The notes under the pieces: model-generated | The model's input: only the letters and a program-made list of their open reading frames with translations | Told to the model about the DNA's origin: nothing | Database searches by the model: none | NCBI GenBank assembly: GCA_964363345.1 | Contig: CAYIHY010000001.1 | Coordinates: 7,483 to 71,482 of the forward strand | Source: Candidatus Woesearchaeota archaeon | Lineage (GTDB): Archaea > Nanobdellota > Nanobdellia > Pacearchaeales > GW2011-AR1 | Length of the DNA stretch: 64,000 bases | Reading direction: 5' to 3' | Position numbers and translations under genes: made by a program | Shown: piece by piece, positions 45,485 through 53,851 of the stretch | Numbering within the stretch: position 1 is the first letter of the stretch | How the letters are laid out: every line of letters begins with the position of its first letter

Positions 45485-46927
45485 TTACTTAAATTTTTCA
45501 AGATTATATTTATTTACCGTAAATCTGAATGCATTGTCTATCTCTAAGTCATATTTTCTTTTGTAATAAGCAAAAAATAACCCCAGATCAAACAAGAACC
45601 TAAACGGATTCATTTTTAATCCCTCAAATAGAACTTTTTTTATCTGATAAATTCTGACTTTATTTACCACTTTCTTTATATCTTTCATCTTTACATATTT
45701 TGTTCTGGAAACAGGGGAAGTGAACATAAGATGAGAATCTTTGAAACCTTTCCCCTCAATTAAATTTTCTTTTTCACAGATTTCTTTTATTTCTGTTGCG
45801 GGGAGAGGCATTAATATTGGGAAAAGTGTATAGTTTGCATTTATCTTCATAGCCATTTTGTAACTTTCATTCATTGTTTTCGTAGTTTCATAAGGGGCTC
45901 CGACGATAAATTGCACTCTTAAATGCAAGCCGTATTTTTTTATTATTTTAACCGCATTGTAAATTTGTTCTTCGCTCATTTCTCTTTTGTACAGCTTATT
46001 TCTGATTTCATCATTTCCCGCTTCAACCCCCATACGGACTTCATAACATCCTGCATCTTTCATAGCCTTTATTATTTCATCTGTAACTAAATTTGCTCTT
46101 ACATTAACATTCCATCTTAATTTTTTGTCAAATCCCTTTTCTTTAAATCTTTTGCAGAAATCAAGGGCAAATTTTTTGTCAAGAATAAAAGTATCATCAT
46201 AAAAAAATAAATATCTCATTCCAATAGGATAATATTGTTTTATTCTTAATTCTATTTCTTTTATAATGCTTTCAACACTTCTGATTCGAACATATTTTCC
46301 CTCAAGTTTTTTCCTTATTGCATGATTGCTGCAATAAGTGCAGTTGTAGGGGCATCCTCTCGAGCCCATAATTGGAAGATGATCATTGTTTATTAAAAAA
46401 TATTTTTTTAAATCGTAATCTTCAAAATCAGGAAAAGGAAGCTCATCTAGTTCTTCAATCAATCTTAAATTTGGATTTTTGATAATTTCTCCATTTCCTT
46501 TTTTATACCAAATCCCCCTTACTTTTTTGCAATCTAATTTTTTATCAAGCAAATCTTTCAATACATATTCTCCTTCGCAGGTGCAGACAATATCAACCTC
46601 TTTATTTTTTATTGTTTCTTCGGGCATTAATATTGCATGTACTCCGCCGAAAATTATTTTTATATTATAATGTTTTTTTATAAATTGCGCCATTTTTAAT
46701 GCCTGACTGTAATCAAAACTCATCACAGAAAATCCAATCAAATCTGGTTTAAATTTTTCTATCTTCCTCTTGAGATACATTTCCCAATCTTTTTTATGGA
46801 AAATAAAATCAGCTATCTCTGCTTTATGTTCGGTTTTATTATTTACAAAAGATTTCAAAGTAGCTAAAGCCATGCTGGGCATTAAAGCATACCCTTCTAT
46901 GTTTGGTTCTACTAATAATACTTTCAT
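45485..46927 (-). CDS. Cobalamin-binding radical SAM protein (class B)
   Basis: MKVLLVEPNIEGYALMPSMALATLKSF B12-type N-terminal domain; GSRGCPYNCTYCSN CxxxCxxC; 480 aa. Confidence 0.7.
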   Translation of the reverse strand: MKVLLVEPNIEGYALMPSMALATLKSFVNNKTEHKAEIADFIFHKKDWEMYLKRKIEKFKPDLIGFSVMSFDYSQALKMAQFIKKHYNIKIIFGGVHAILMPEETIKNKEVDIVCTCEGEYVLKDLLDKKLDCKKVRGIWYKKGNGEIIKNPNLRLIEELDELPFPDFEDYDLKKYFLINNDHLPIMGSRGCPYNCTYCSNHAIRKKLEGKYVRIRSVESIIKEIELRIKQYYPIGMRYLFFYDDTFILDKKFALDFCKRFKEKGFDKKLRWNVNVRANLVTDEIIKAMKDAGCYEVRMGVEAGNDEIRNKLYKREMSEEQIYNAVKIIKKYGLHLRVQFIVGAPYETTKTMNESYKMAMKINANYTLFPILMPLPATEIKEICEKENLIEGKGFKDSHLMFTSPVSRTKYVKMKDIKKVVNKVRIYQIKKVLFEGLKMNPFRFLFDLGLFFAYYKRKYDLEIDNAFRFTVNKYNLEKFK

Positions 46928-48318
46928 TTTTTGTCTAATCCCAAAAAAGCAATCCCCGCATTTAGATATATTTTAAATTTTTCAAGGTCTTTAATATTTT
47001 TCAATGCCTTAAGAATTATTTTTGGTCTGAAATAAAATTCCCGATAAGCTTTTTTTTGCATTTCCAAAAGCATTTTTCCGTCAAGATTTCCATGCTTGAA
47101 TATCACATGCCCATAAGCGATATAATCTCGGTAACTTTTTGGGTATATTTCTCCCTCTTCTTTTATTATTTTCCAATAATCTGTATTCGGAAAAGGAATT
47201 GTTATATGAAATGTTGCAGTATCCAAATCAAGGGATTTTGCAAAATTTATTGTGTCTTTCATAGTTTTTTCATCTTCCCCAAAATTTCCAAACATAAATA
47301 ATCCTCGCGTTTCAATTCCCGCTTCTTTGCACCATTTTACCGCAGTTCTGACTTTTTCTAAATCAATACTCTTCTTCATTTTTTTCAAAATCTCTTCATT
47401 TCCGGATTCTATTCCCAAGGAGACCATGTAGCATCCCGCATTTTTCATTTTTCTAAGTAATTCAGGATTTATTCGGTCTACTCTTATTCCGTTAGAGCAC
47501 CTCCAGCTCATTTTTTTGTTTAATCCTTTTTCTATCATCAAATTGCAGAATTTTTCAACACGGTCTATAAAAAGAGTAAAATTGTCGTCGACAAAATCCC
47601 AGTCTCTTGCACCTCTTTTGTAAATTTCTTCAACTTCTGCAATAATACTTTCCGGGCTTCTGAATCGGAATTTTCTGCCGTGAACTAAATGGTCTGCGCA
47701 GAAAAGACATTGATACGGACATCCCCTTGAGCTTAAAATATAATCACTCGGTTTTTGTTTTGAACCCGCACTAAAATATTTATCCATTGGCAATAATTCT
47801 CTTGCAGGAAAAGGAAGTTCATCCAATTTTTCATTTAGTTCTCTTTCTGTATTGTGAACTATTTTTCCATTTTTTCTGTAAGATAAACCTTTAATCTTTG
47901 AAATATTTTCTCCAAGAACAAATTCTAACATCGCAAATTCCCCCTCTCCTCTTACAAGATAATCAAATCTTTCAAATTTTTCTAAAGTTTCCTGGGGCAT
48001 AGAACTTGCATGAATCCCCCCGATAATAACTTTAATTTCTTTTTTGCACAGCCTTGCCAGTTCATGCGCTTCTTCGATCAGAGAAGTAGTTGAAGTAATA
48101 CCAACAATATTCGGAGAATAATTTTCAATTTCTTTTTCTATCTGAGAATGAGTTAAATCAAGTGCATTCGCTTCTAATATTTTAACTTCGACATTATTTT
48201 TTTTCAAAACTGCTGCAATATATGCTAGCCCGAGGGGGGGAAAAATTGGAGTTATTTCCTTTTTCTTGGCATAAGCATAAATTCTCCGATAATTCGGCTG
48301 TATCAATAATACTTTCAT
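46924..48318 (-). CDS. Cobalamin-binding radical SAM protein (class B), in tandem with 45485..46927
   Basis: MKVLLIQPN...PPLGLAYIAAVLKKNNVEVKILEANAL; SSRGCPYQCLFCAD; 464 aa; 4-nt overlap with the downstream paralog. Confidence 0.7.
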   Translation of the reverse strand: MKVLLIQPNYRRIYAYAKKKEITPIFPPLGLAYIAAVLKKNNVEVKILEANALDLTHSQIEKEIENYSPNIVGITSTTSLIEEAHELARLCKKEIKVIIGGIHASSMPQETLEKFERFDYLVRGEGEFAMLEFVLGENISKIKGLSYRKNGKIVHNTERELNEKLDELPFPARELLPMDKYFSAGSKQKPSDYILSSRGCPYQCLFCADHLVHGRKFRFRSPESIIAEVEEIYKRGARDWDFVDDNFTLFIDRVEKFCNLMIEKGLNKKMSWRCSNGIRVDRINPELLRKMKNAGCYMVSLGIESGNEEILKKMKKSIDLEKVRTAVKWCKEAGIETRGLFMFGNFGEDEKTMKDTINFAKSLDLDTATFHITIPFPNTDYWKIIKEEGEIYPKSYRDYIAYGHVIFKHGNLDGKMLLEMQKKAYREFYFRPKIILKALKNIKDLEKFKIYLNAGIAFLGLDKK

Positions 48319-48367
48319 TTTACCTTAGAAATCTCTAAATAATGACATTAATAAATATTATCCTTGT

Positions 48368-49528
48368 TCAAACCAGCTTTTGCAGGTAATATATAGAATA
48401 CAATTTGAGTATTCTGTCTTTTAGAGGCTTTATTTTGTTGGTTAATTTTTTTAGATATTTTAAGGATTCCTCTTCTTCCCCCAAGGAATAAAGAATCAGG
48501 GATAGTGCAATAGTTATTCCAGCATCTCTCCATCTCATCAGACTCTTCAGCAAAAATTCTTTTTTTCTCAATCCTTCTAAAAAAAATCGAATATTCAAAT
48601 AATATTGCGCAGGAAAGAAAAATTTGCCCCCAAGATAATCATTAAAATAAACATAAGGCAATTTTTTGTAAGTTTCTCTGCATATAATCTTCCAGTCATC
48701 TGATTTTATCTCGAGCTGTTCTTTAAGGATTTTTTTCAATCCCCATTCAACCCATTTTTTTGATTCATTAAAAAAAGAGTCAACATTTTTTATTATGTAT
48801 CCATCATACAATTTTGCTTTTGTAGCTTCACTTAGAAATTTTTTTAATTCTTCGGGAAAATCAAGAGAGTAGAAAACTTTTTCTCTTTCTTCTGCTTTTG
48901 ATAAATACTTCCCCCCAAGAATAAGCAATGCAGAGCATAAATCAACAAAACCCTTGATTGCATAAATTGATTTAATTTTTTCTGAATTTCCCTCGGCAAT
49001 TGCAAAATGGTCAAATTTGTTAAATAATAATCGTATTGCATCAGATTTTGAAATCTTTGTAGGGGGGATTTTTTCTAGAATATTTTCATCTCCATAAATT
49101 ACTAAACTTGTTCTTAAATCAAAAGTTCTCTGGGTGGGATATAATTTACCCAACTCATTGCTAAGAATGCAGTGCAGGTCAACATGAAAAAATTTATTTT
49201 CATCATAAGTTTTTTCGAAATTTTCAACAATTTCAAGTCCGCCTCTCCCAATTGCAGCAGAGCATTTCTCTCCAAGTTTTTCTAACAATCGTCCGCTTGC
49301 TTTTTTTTTTGTTATCAAATAAAGATCATAATCATTTAATGGAGTTATTTTCCCTTTAATTTTTTTAAAGCTCCCATTTCCGTGCCCAAATCCTCCAAAA
49401 AAAACTATTGCAATCGGATTAATCTCTTTCAAAACTATTTTCTTTATAATTTCTAAATCTCTTTCAATTTTTTTATCAGCTTCTTTTGATGTGGTGTATT
49501 TCATTTTTTTTATCCAATAAAATAACAA
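48368..49528 (-). CDS. Predicted nucleotidyltransferase (Pol-beta-superfamily minimal NTase fold) with a C-terminal helical domain
   Basis: FFGGFGHGNGSF-x12-NDYDLYLI fits hG[GS]-x9-13-DhD; the start is probably the internal Met (MKYTTSK). Confidence 0.35.
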   Translation of the reverse strand: MLFYWIKKMKYTTSKEADKKIERDLEIIKKIVLKEINPIAIVFFGGFGHGNGSFKKIKGKITPLNDYDLYLITKKKASGRLLEKLGEKCSAAIGRGGLEIVENFEKTYDENKFFHVDLHCILSNELGKLYPTQRTFDLRTSLVIYGDENILEKIPPTKISKSDAIRLLFNKFDHFAIAEGNSEKIKSIYAIKGFVDLCSALLILGGKYLSKAEEREKVFYSLDFPEELKKFLSEATKAKLYDGYIIKNVDSFFNESKKWVEWGLKKILKEQLEIKSDDWKIICRETYKKLPYVYFNDYLGGKFFFPAQYYLNIRFFLEGLRKKEFLLKSLMRWRDAGITIALSLILYSLGEEEESLKYLKKLTNKIKPLKDRILKLYSIYYLQKLV

Positions 49529-50450
49529 TTATCGCGATTATCGAAGGAATTACACTTGCAATAATTATGCTCAAAATTGACATTGAAAATACCTTTGTTG
49601 CCCCAATTCCCAGTACTCCAAATAGTCCAATCAAAGTTAATTCCCTTGTTCCAAAGCCGTTTATGGTTATTGGAATTTGGGCAATTAATGTTGCTATCGG
49701 CAATATTATAAGGAAATATTTGAAACTTATATTTATTCCTAAAGCTAAACCAATAAGATAGATATTAACATAATTAACAACCCAAGTCATCAAATTAACG
49801 ATGAGAGCCATGAATAAAAACGGCACAGAAGGAAGGTCTTCATAAAATGAATTAAATAAAATTCTGCTTTTTTCTTTTAATCTTTGAGGAATAAATTTTT
49901 TATATACAAATCCCAGCAAAAATCTGCTGCTGTCTTTATTGTAAAAAACAATAAATAATAACATTAACAAAATAAATGTTCCAATTAAAATATACCATTC
50001 TCCGTTGGGAATTATTTTTTTATATATTGTAAATCCAAATACAATCAACAGGATGAATAATGAACAAAAATCAAGAACTTTATCTATAACAAAATTGCTT
50101 ACCCCCTTTCCTGTTTCTGCTCCTTTCTTTTTTAGATAATCTGTCCGGATAATTGTTCCTATTTTTCCAGGAGTCACAAACCCATAAAAATTTGAAATAA
50201 AATTTATCTTAAAAGCTTCGTTGAATGAGATGTTTATTTTTTGCCTTTTCGCAAGGATAAACCATTTTAATGTCTGGAAAATTAAAAAAATTAAAACAAA
50301 AACAAAAGAAAGAGCAATATAACTCCAATTTAGATTATTAAACTCTGAAAATATTTTTGTAACATCTAATTTTACAAGAAGGTAAATAAATATAGCAACT
50401 CCGACGATTGGAAGATATTTTTTAATTGTTCCCCATTTCATAAAAATCAA
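49476..50450 (-). CDS. Integral membrane protein, UPF0104 / LPG-synthase-TM-like (flippase-like domain often paired with GT2 in archaeal and bacterial glycan loci)
   Basis: 324 aa, ~8 TM helices, short loops, GxxxG-rich; located next to the radical SAM and GT2 genes. Confidence 0.4.
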   Translation of the reverse strand: MIFMKWGTIKKYLPIVGVAIFIYLLVKLDVTKIFSEFNNLNWSYIALSFVFVLIFLIFQTLKWFILAKRQKINISFNEAFKINFISNFYGFVTPGKIGTIIRTDYLKKKGAETGKGVSNFVIDKVLDFCSLFILLIVFGFTIYKKIIPNGEWYILIGTFILLMLLFIVFYNKDSSRFLLGFVYKKFIPQRLKEKSRILFNSFYEDLPSVPFLFMALIVNLMTWVVNYVNIYLIGLALGINISFKYFLIILPIATLIAQIPITINGFGTRELTLIGLFGVLGIGATKVFSMSILSIIIASVIPSIIAIIVILLDKKNEIHHIKRS

Positions 50451-50485
50451 TGATTTTTTGTCAATAAAAACCTTTTGTATTATTC

Positions 50486-51943
50486 TTACTTCTTCACAAA
50501 ATCTTTCAAATGGCCGAAAACGGCTTTGACTCCTCTCAAATTAAATTTGAAATCATTCCAGGTTCTGATATTTTTCATTCTTTGAAAAATATAATTTGGA
50601 GTTAAAAAAATTGTATAAATTTTTCCGCAGATTCCTGCAATTTCCTGGGCATTTCCGTTTTCAATTTTCAAAACCGGTTCTCTCATGTCATATCTTTCAT
50701 ATTCAAGAGGATTAAACAAAAACCAATTATTTTCTTTTGCTTCTTTCCATAACGGAGTTCCAGGATATGGAACAAGAACTGTTGCCTGAAGTAAATCCGC
50801 TTTTCCGCTTTGCATTAATTTTCTTGCAAGTTTAAAAGTGTACATAGCATCTTCTTTTGTTTCCCAGGGGTAGCCAACAATCATAGTAAGATGAACTGTA
50901 AGTCCTGCCTTTTTTGCCATTCTGCATCCGTTTAAAATATCTTCAACCTTTATCCCCTTGTTTAATCTGTCAAGTGTTTTTTGATTCGCACTTTCTAATC
51001 CGAATTTTAATAATCTAAACCCTGCCTTTTTCATCAAAATAAATTCTTCTTGATTCAGAGCCCCGAAACGCATGTTGCATGAATATTTTATTTTTTTGTT
51101 GTATCCTCGTTTAATTAATCCTTCGCATAAATCTTTCAGCCATTTTCCCGTCATCAAAGTTCCGGAGTCATCAAAAATTTCCTTAACCTTATATTTTTCA
51201 ATTAGCATTCCTATTTCATTTAAAACATTTTCAACACTTCTTACTCTAAATCTCGGAAACAGCGTTGGCCACGCGCAGAATTTGCATTTTCCCCACCAGC
51301 AGTCTCGGCCAGACATTATATAAAAAAATGGATTTCCCTGAAGGTTATACTCTTTTTCATAAAGCTTCCATTTAGTTAATTCTCTGTCAATAAATGGAGC
51401 TTCATCAAGTCCGTGCCTCAAAGCAAATTCCCCCGAATTGATTATTTTTCTATTTTTTTTGTAATAAACTCCTGCAGGACATTTTTTTATTTTTCCAGAA
51501 ATCCAATCACATAATTCCATCAAACTAAAATCAAAATCTCCACCCCTTATAACAAAATCAGCTTCAGAATTTTTCAAGCTTTCTTCTGGAAATGAAGTAA
51601 CATGATCCCCCAAAAGAGCAATTTTCATTTCAGGAAATTTTTTCTTTAGTTCGTTGATAATTTTCCAATGCTGTTTTATTACCGGAGTTTTTGTTTCAAA
51701 TGCAAATAAATTAGGTTTTTCATTTTCTATCTTTTTGATAAATTCATTCCACTGAATTTTTTCTGCAATTGAATCGACCCAGAAAACTTCATGCCCCTCT
51801 TTTTTCAATAAAGTCGCTGCACTTCCAAGAATAACAGGAAATAAATAACTTGGATTTGAAAACCACTGAAATTGCCTGTTTTGGCTCAGCAACGCAATTC
51901 CCTTTTCAGAGTTTGTCGGAGGATAACCAATAAATATCTTCAT
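50486..51943 (-). CDS. Cobalamin-binding radical SAM-like protein with an atypical CX4CX2C cluster motif
   Basis: N-terminal B12-type Rossmann region; SGRDCWWGKCKFCAW (C-x4-C-x2-C rather than C-x3-C-x2-C); 485 aa. Confidence 0.55.
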   Translation of the reverse strand: MKIFIGYPPTNSEKGIALLSQNRQFQWFSNPSYLFPVILGSAATLLKKEGHEVFWVDSIAEKIQWNEFIKKIENEKPNLFAFETKTPVIKQHWKIINELKKKFPEMKIALLGDHVTSFPEESLKNSEADFVIRGGDFDFSLMELCDWISGKIKKCPAGVYYKKNRKIINSGEFALRHGLDEAPFIDRELTKWKLYEKEYNLQGNPFFYIMSGRDCWWGKCKFCAWPTLFPRFRVRSVENVLNEIGMLIEKYKVKEIFDDSGTLMTGKWLKDLCEGLIKRGYNKKIKYSCNMRFGALNQEEFILMKKAGFRLLKFGLESANQKTLDRLNKGIKVEDILNGCRMAKKAGLTVHLTMIVGYPWETKEDAMYTFKLARKLMQSGKADLLQATVLVPYPGTPLWKEAKENNWFLFNPLEYERYDMREPVLKIENGNAQEIAGICGKIYTIFLTPNYIFQRMKNIRTWNDFKFNLRGVKAVFGHLKDFVKK

Positions 51944-51984
51944 AAAGTTAGTGGATTTTCAGGTTATTTAAATTTTATTAAGCT

Positions 51985-52767
51985 CTACTTAATTTTAAGT
52001 TGTTGTGGAAGTTTTCTATAAAATCTTACAAAAAAATTGAAAGGAGAGTGAATTAGTCTAAGTCTTATCGCAGACAGAAACATCATTATTGGGGTTTTTT
52101 TAAGATTGACTTTTGAGCCAACCTCGTCGTGCCAGACTGTCGGGATAGATTTTATTTTTGCATGACTTTCTTTTTTAAGACAATACAACAACGCAATGTC
52201 AAATCCCCAATTGCTTGTAGCGAGTTTAGATATATTTTTTTCAAGAACTTCTCTTTTGAAAACTTTTGCTCCGCATTGAGTATCTCTGTAAGGAAATAAA
52301 AAAAGGCTTCTCACAATCCAATTATATCCTCTGCTGACGAATCTCCTAAACCCGCTTTGTTTCGGAGTTATAACGCTTCTTTTATTCCATCTGTCTGCAA
52401 TTGTTCCATCATACGCATTTATTTTCCTGATTAAATCATAATAAGCTTCTGGCGGAGTTGACATGTCTCCGTCGACAAAACCAATAAGTTTATTCTTCTC
52501 ATTTTTTAAAGCATCTTTAAATCCCTCGGTTATTGCAAAACCCTTCCCTCCTTTTTCAAATCGGATAAACCTAATTTCAGAATACTTCTTTGCAAATTTT
52601 TTAACCACTTCTTCAGTGTTATCTTTGGTATTATTTATAACAATTAAAATTTCAAAATCGCTAATTTCCCGACCCTTCTTTTTCTTTTCAAAAAAGGCCC
52701 CATAATTTTCCAAAATTTTGCCTATCCTTTTTTCTTCATTATACGCAGGAATTACTATCGAAATCAC
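51985..52767 (-). CDS. GT2 glycosyltransferase, Dpm1/GtrB-like (dolichyl-phosphate sugar synthase candidate)
   Basis: MISIVIPAYNEEKRIGKIL N-terminus; FVDGDMS (DxD); 260 aa with a C-terminal hydrophobic tail. Confidence 0.7.
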   Translation of the reverse strand: MISIVIPAYNEEKRIGKILENYGAFFEKKKKGREISDFEILIVINNTKDNTEEVVKKFAKKYSEIRFIRFEKGGKGFAITEGFKDALKNEKNKLIGFVDGDMSTPPEAYYDLIRKINAYDGTIADRWNKRSVITPKQSGFRRFVSRGYNWIVRSLFLFPYRDTQCGAKVFKREVLEKNISKLATSNWGFDIALLYCLKKESHAKIKSIPTVWHDEVGSKVNLKKTPIMMFLSAIRLRLIHSPFNFFVRFYRKLPQQLKIK

Positions 52768-52825
52768 AATTTAACTCCACTTATTCTGCTTAAAAGATTA
52801 ATTATTTCAGAATATATACATATTT

Positions 52826-53851
52826 TTAGAAATTGGGGATAGTTTGAAGCCCAATTAATTCTTTCCAGAAAATAACTAGCCCCAATATTATTATTAAAAT
52901 CTGGAACGCGTTAATCAAGTAAACCACATCTGTTTCATGAACTTTTTTAGTTGGTCTTATTTTTTTAAGAATTAAAATAGATAAATGTTCAAGCCCGTAA
53001 ATTTTGTCATAGGGAATTTCCAGGCTTCCATCTTGATTTACTTTAGCAAAACTTTGTTTTTTTAATTTCCCTCTTGATTTCAAAATTGTTTCAATTATAT
53101 ACGGAATAAAAAAGAAAATTGCTATTTTCTCTAGATTCCCTATTATTGCAATTGTTGCAATTAGTGCTCCAACAGAATACGTCAAAATATTTCCTGGAAA
53201 AACTTTTGCAGGATATTTATTAAATATATAAAAAGGAACCAGCGAAGCAACCATGCATAAGCAGATAATACTGAGCCATTTATTTCCCATAAAAAAAGTT
53301 ATTCCCGCAAGAGAAGAAAGAAGTATTATTCCCTGACTTGATTCTAACCCATTATATCCAGCGAGAAAATTAAAAGTTGCAGATGCTCCAACGATTCCAA
53401 TTGGAATTAAAAGAATTGGGTACAGCAATCCGAAATTTATTCCCAAAACATTTGATTCTCCCGCATTTATTACAATCAAAGGAATTGACGCAAAAAAAAG
53501 CAAAATCAATCTTGATCGAATAGATAACCCCCCTTTTTTCCACCCCAGTAAGTCATCAAGAATCCCAATAAATGCAATTACCAATACGACACTTAATAAT
53601 GCAAAAATTGCTATGATATTATCCTGAGATCTGAAATAAAATGTTTTTATCGCAATATAAGTAAATGTTCCGACGATAAAAGCTAAAAATACTGCGACTC
53701 CTCCAGAACCCGCAACTTCTTTGGGATGCTCTGGCTTGTTCATATCTTCCCAAATCAATCCGATCTCTTTTGCTTTTCTAATCCAAAAAGGAATTAAAAA
53801 CAAACACACAAAAAAACTGAGCAGCAATGGAAGAATTAAAATCAGATTCAT
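52826..53851 (-). CDS. aglH: Polyprenyl-phosphate HexNAc-1-phosphate transferase (MraY/WecA/AglH family, glycosyltransferase family 4)
   Basis: ILDDLLGWKKGGLSIRSRL (DDxxG loop); NFLAGYNGLESSQG (the NxxDGxDGL-like motif); ~10 TM helices. Confidence 0.7.
   Translation of the reverse strand: MNLILILPLLLSFFVCLFLIPFWIRKAKEIGLIWEDMNKPEHPKEVAGSGGVAVFLAFIVGTFTYIAIKTFYFRSQDNIIAIFALLSVVLVIAFIGILDDLLGWKKGGLSIRSRLILLFFASIPLIVINAGESNVLGINFGLLYPILLIPIGIVGASATFNFLAGYNGLESSQGIILLSSLAGITFFMGNKWLSIICLCMVASLVPFYIFNKYPAKVFPGNILTYSVGALIATIAIIGNLEKIAIFFFIPYIIETILKSRGKLKKQSFAKVNQDGSLEIPYDKIYGLEHLSILILKKIRPTKKVHETDVVYLINAFQILIIILGLVIFWKELIGLQTIPNF

Noticed and set aside
48348-48533. 61-aa ORF overlapping the 3-prime end of the NTase gene.
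   Set aside because: Same-strand alternative frame, entirely inside the 48368..49528 ORF. Likely spurious.
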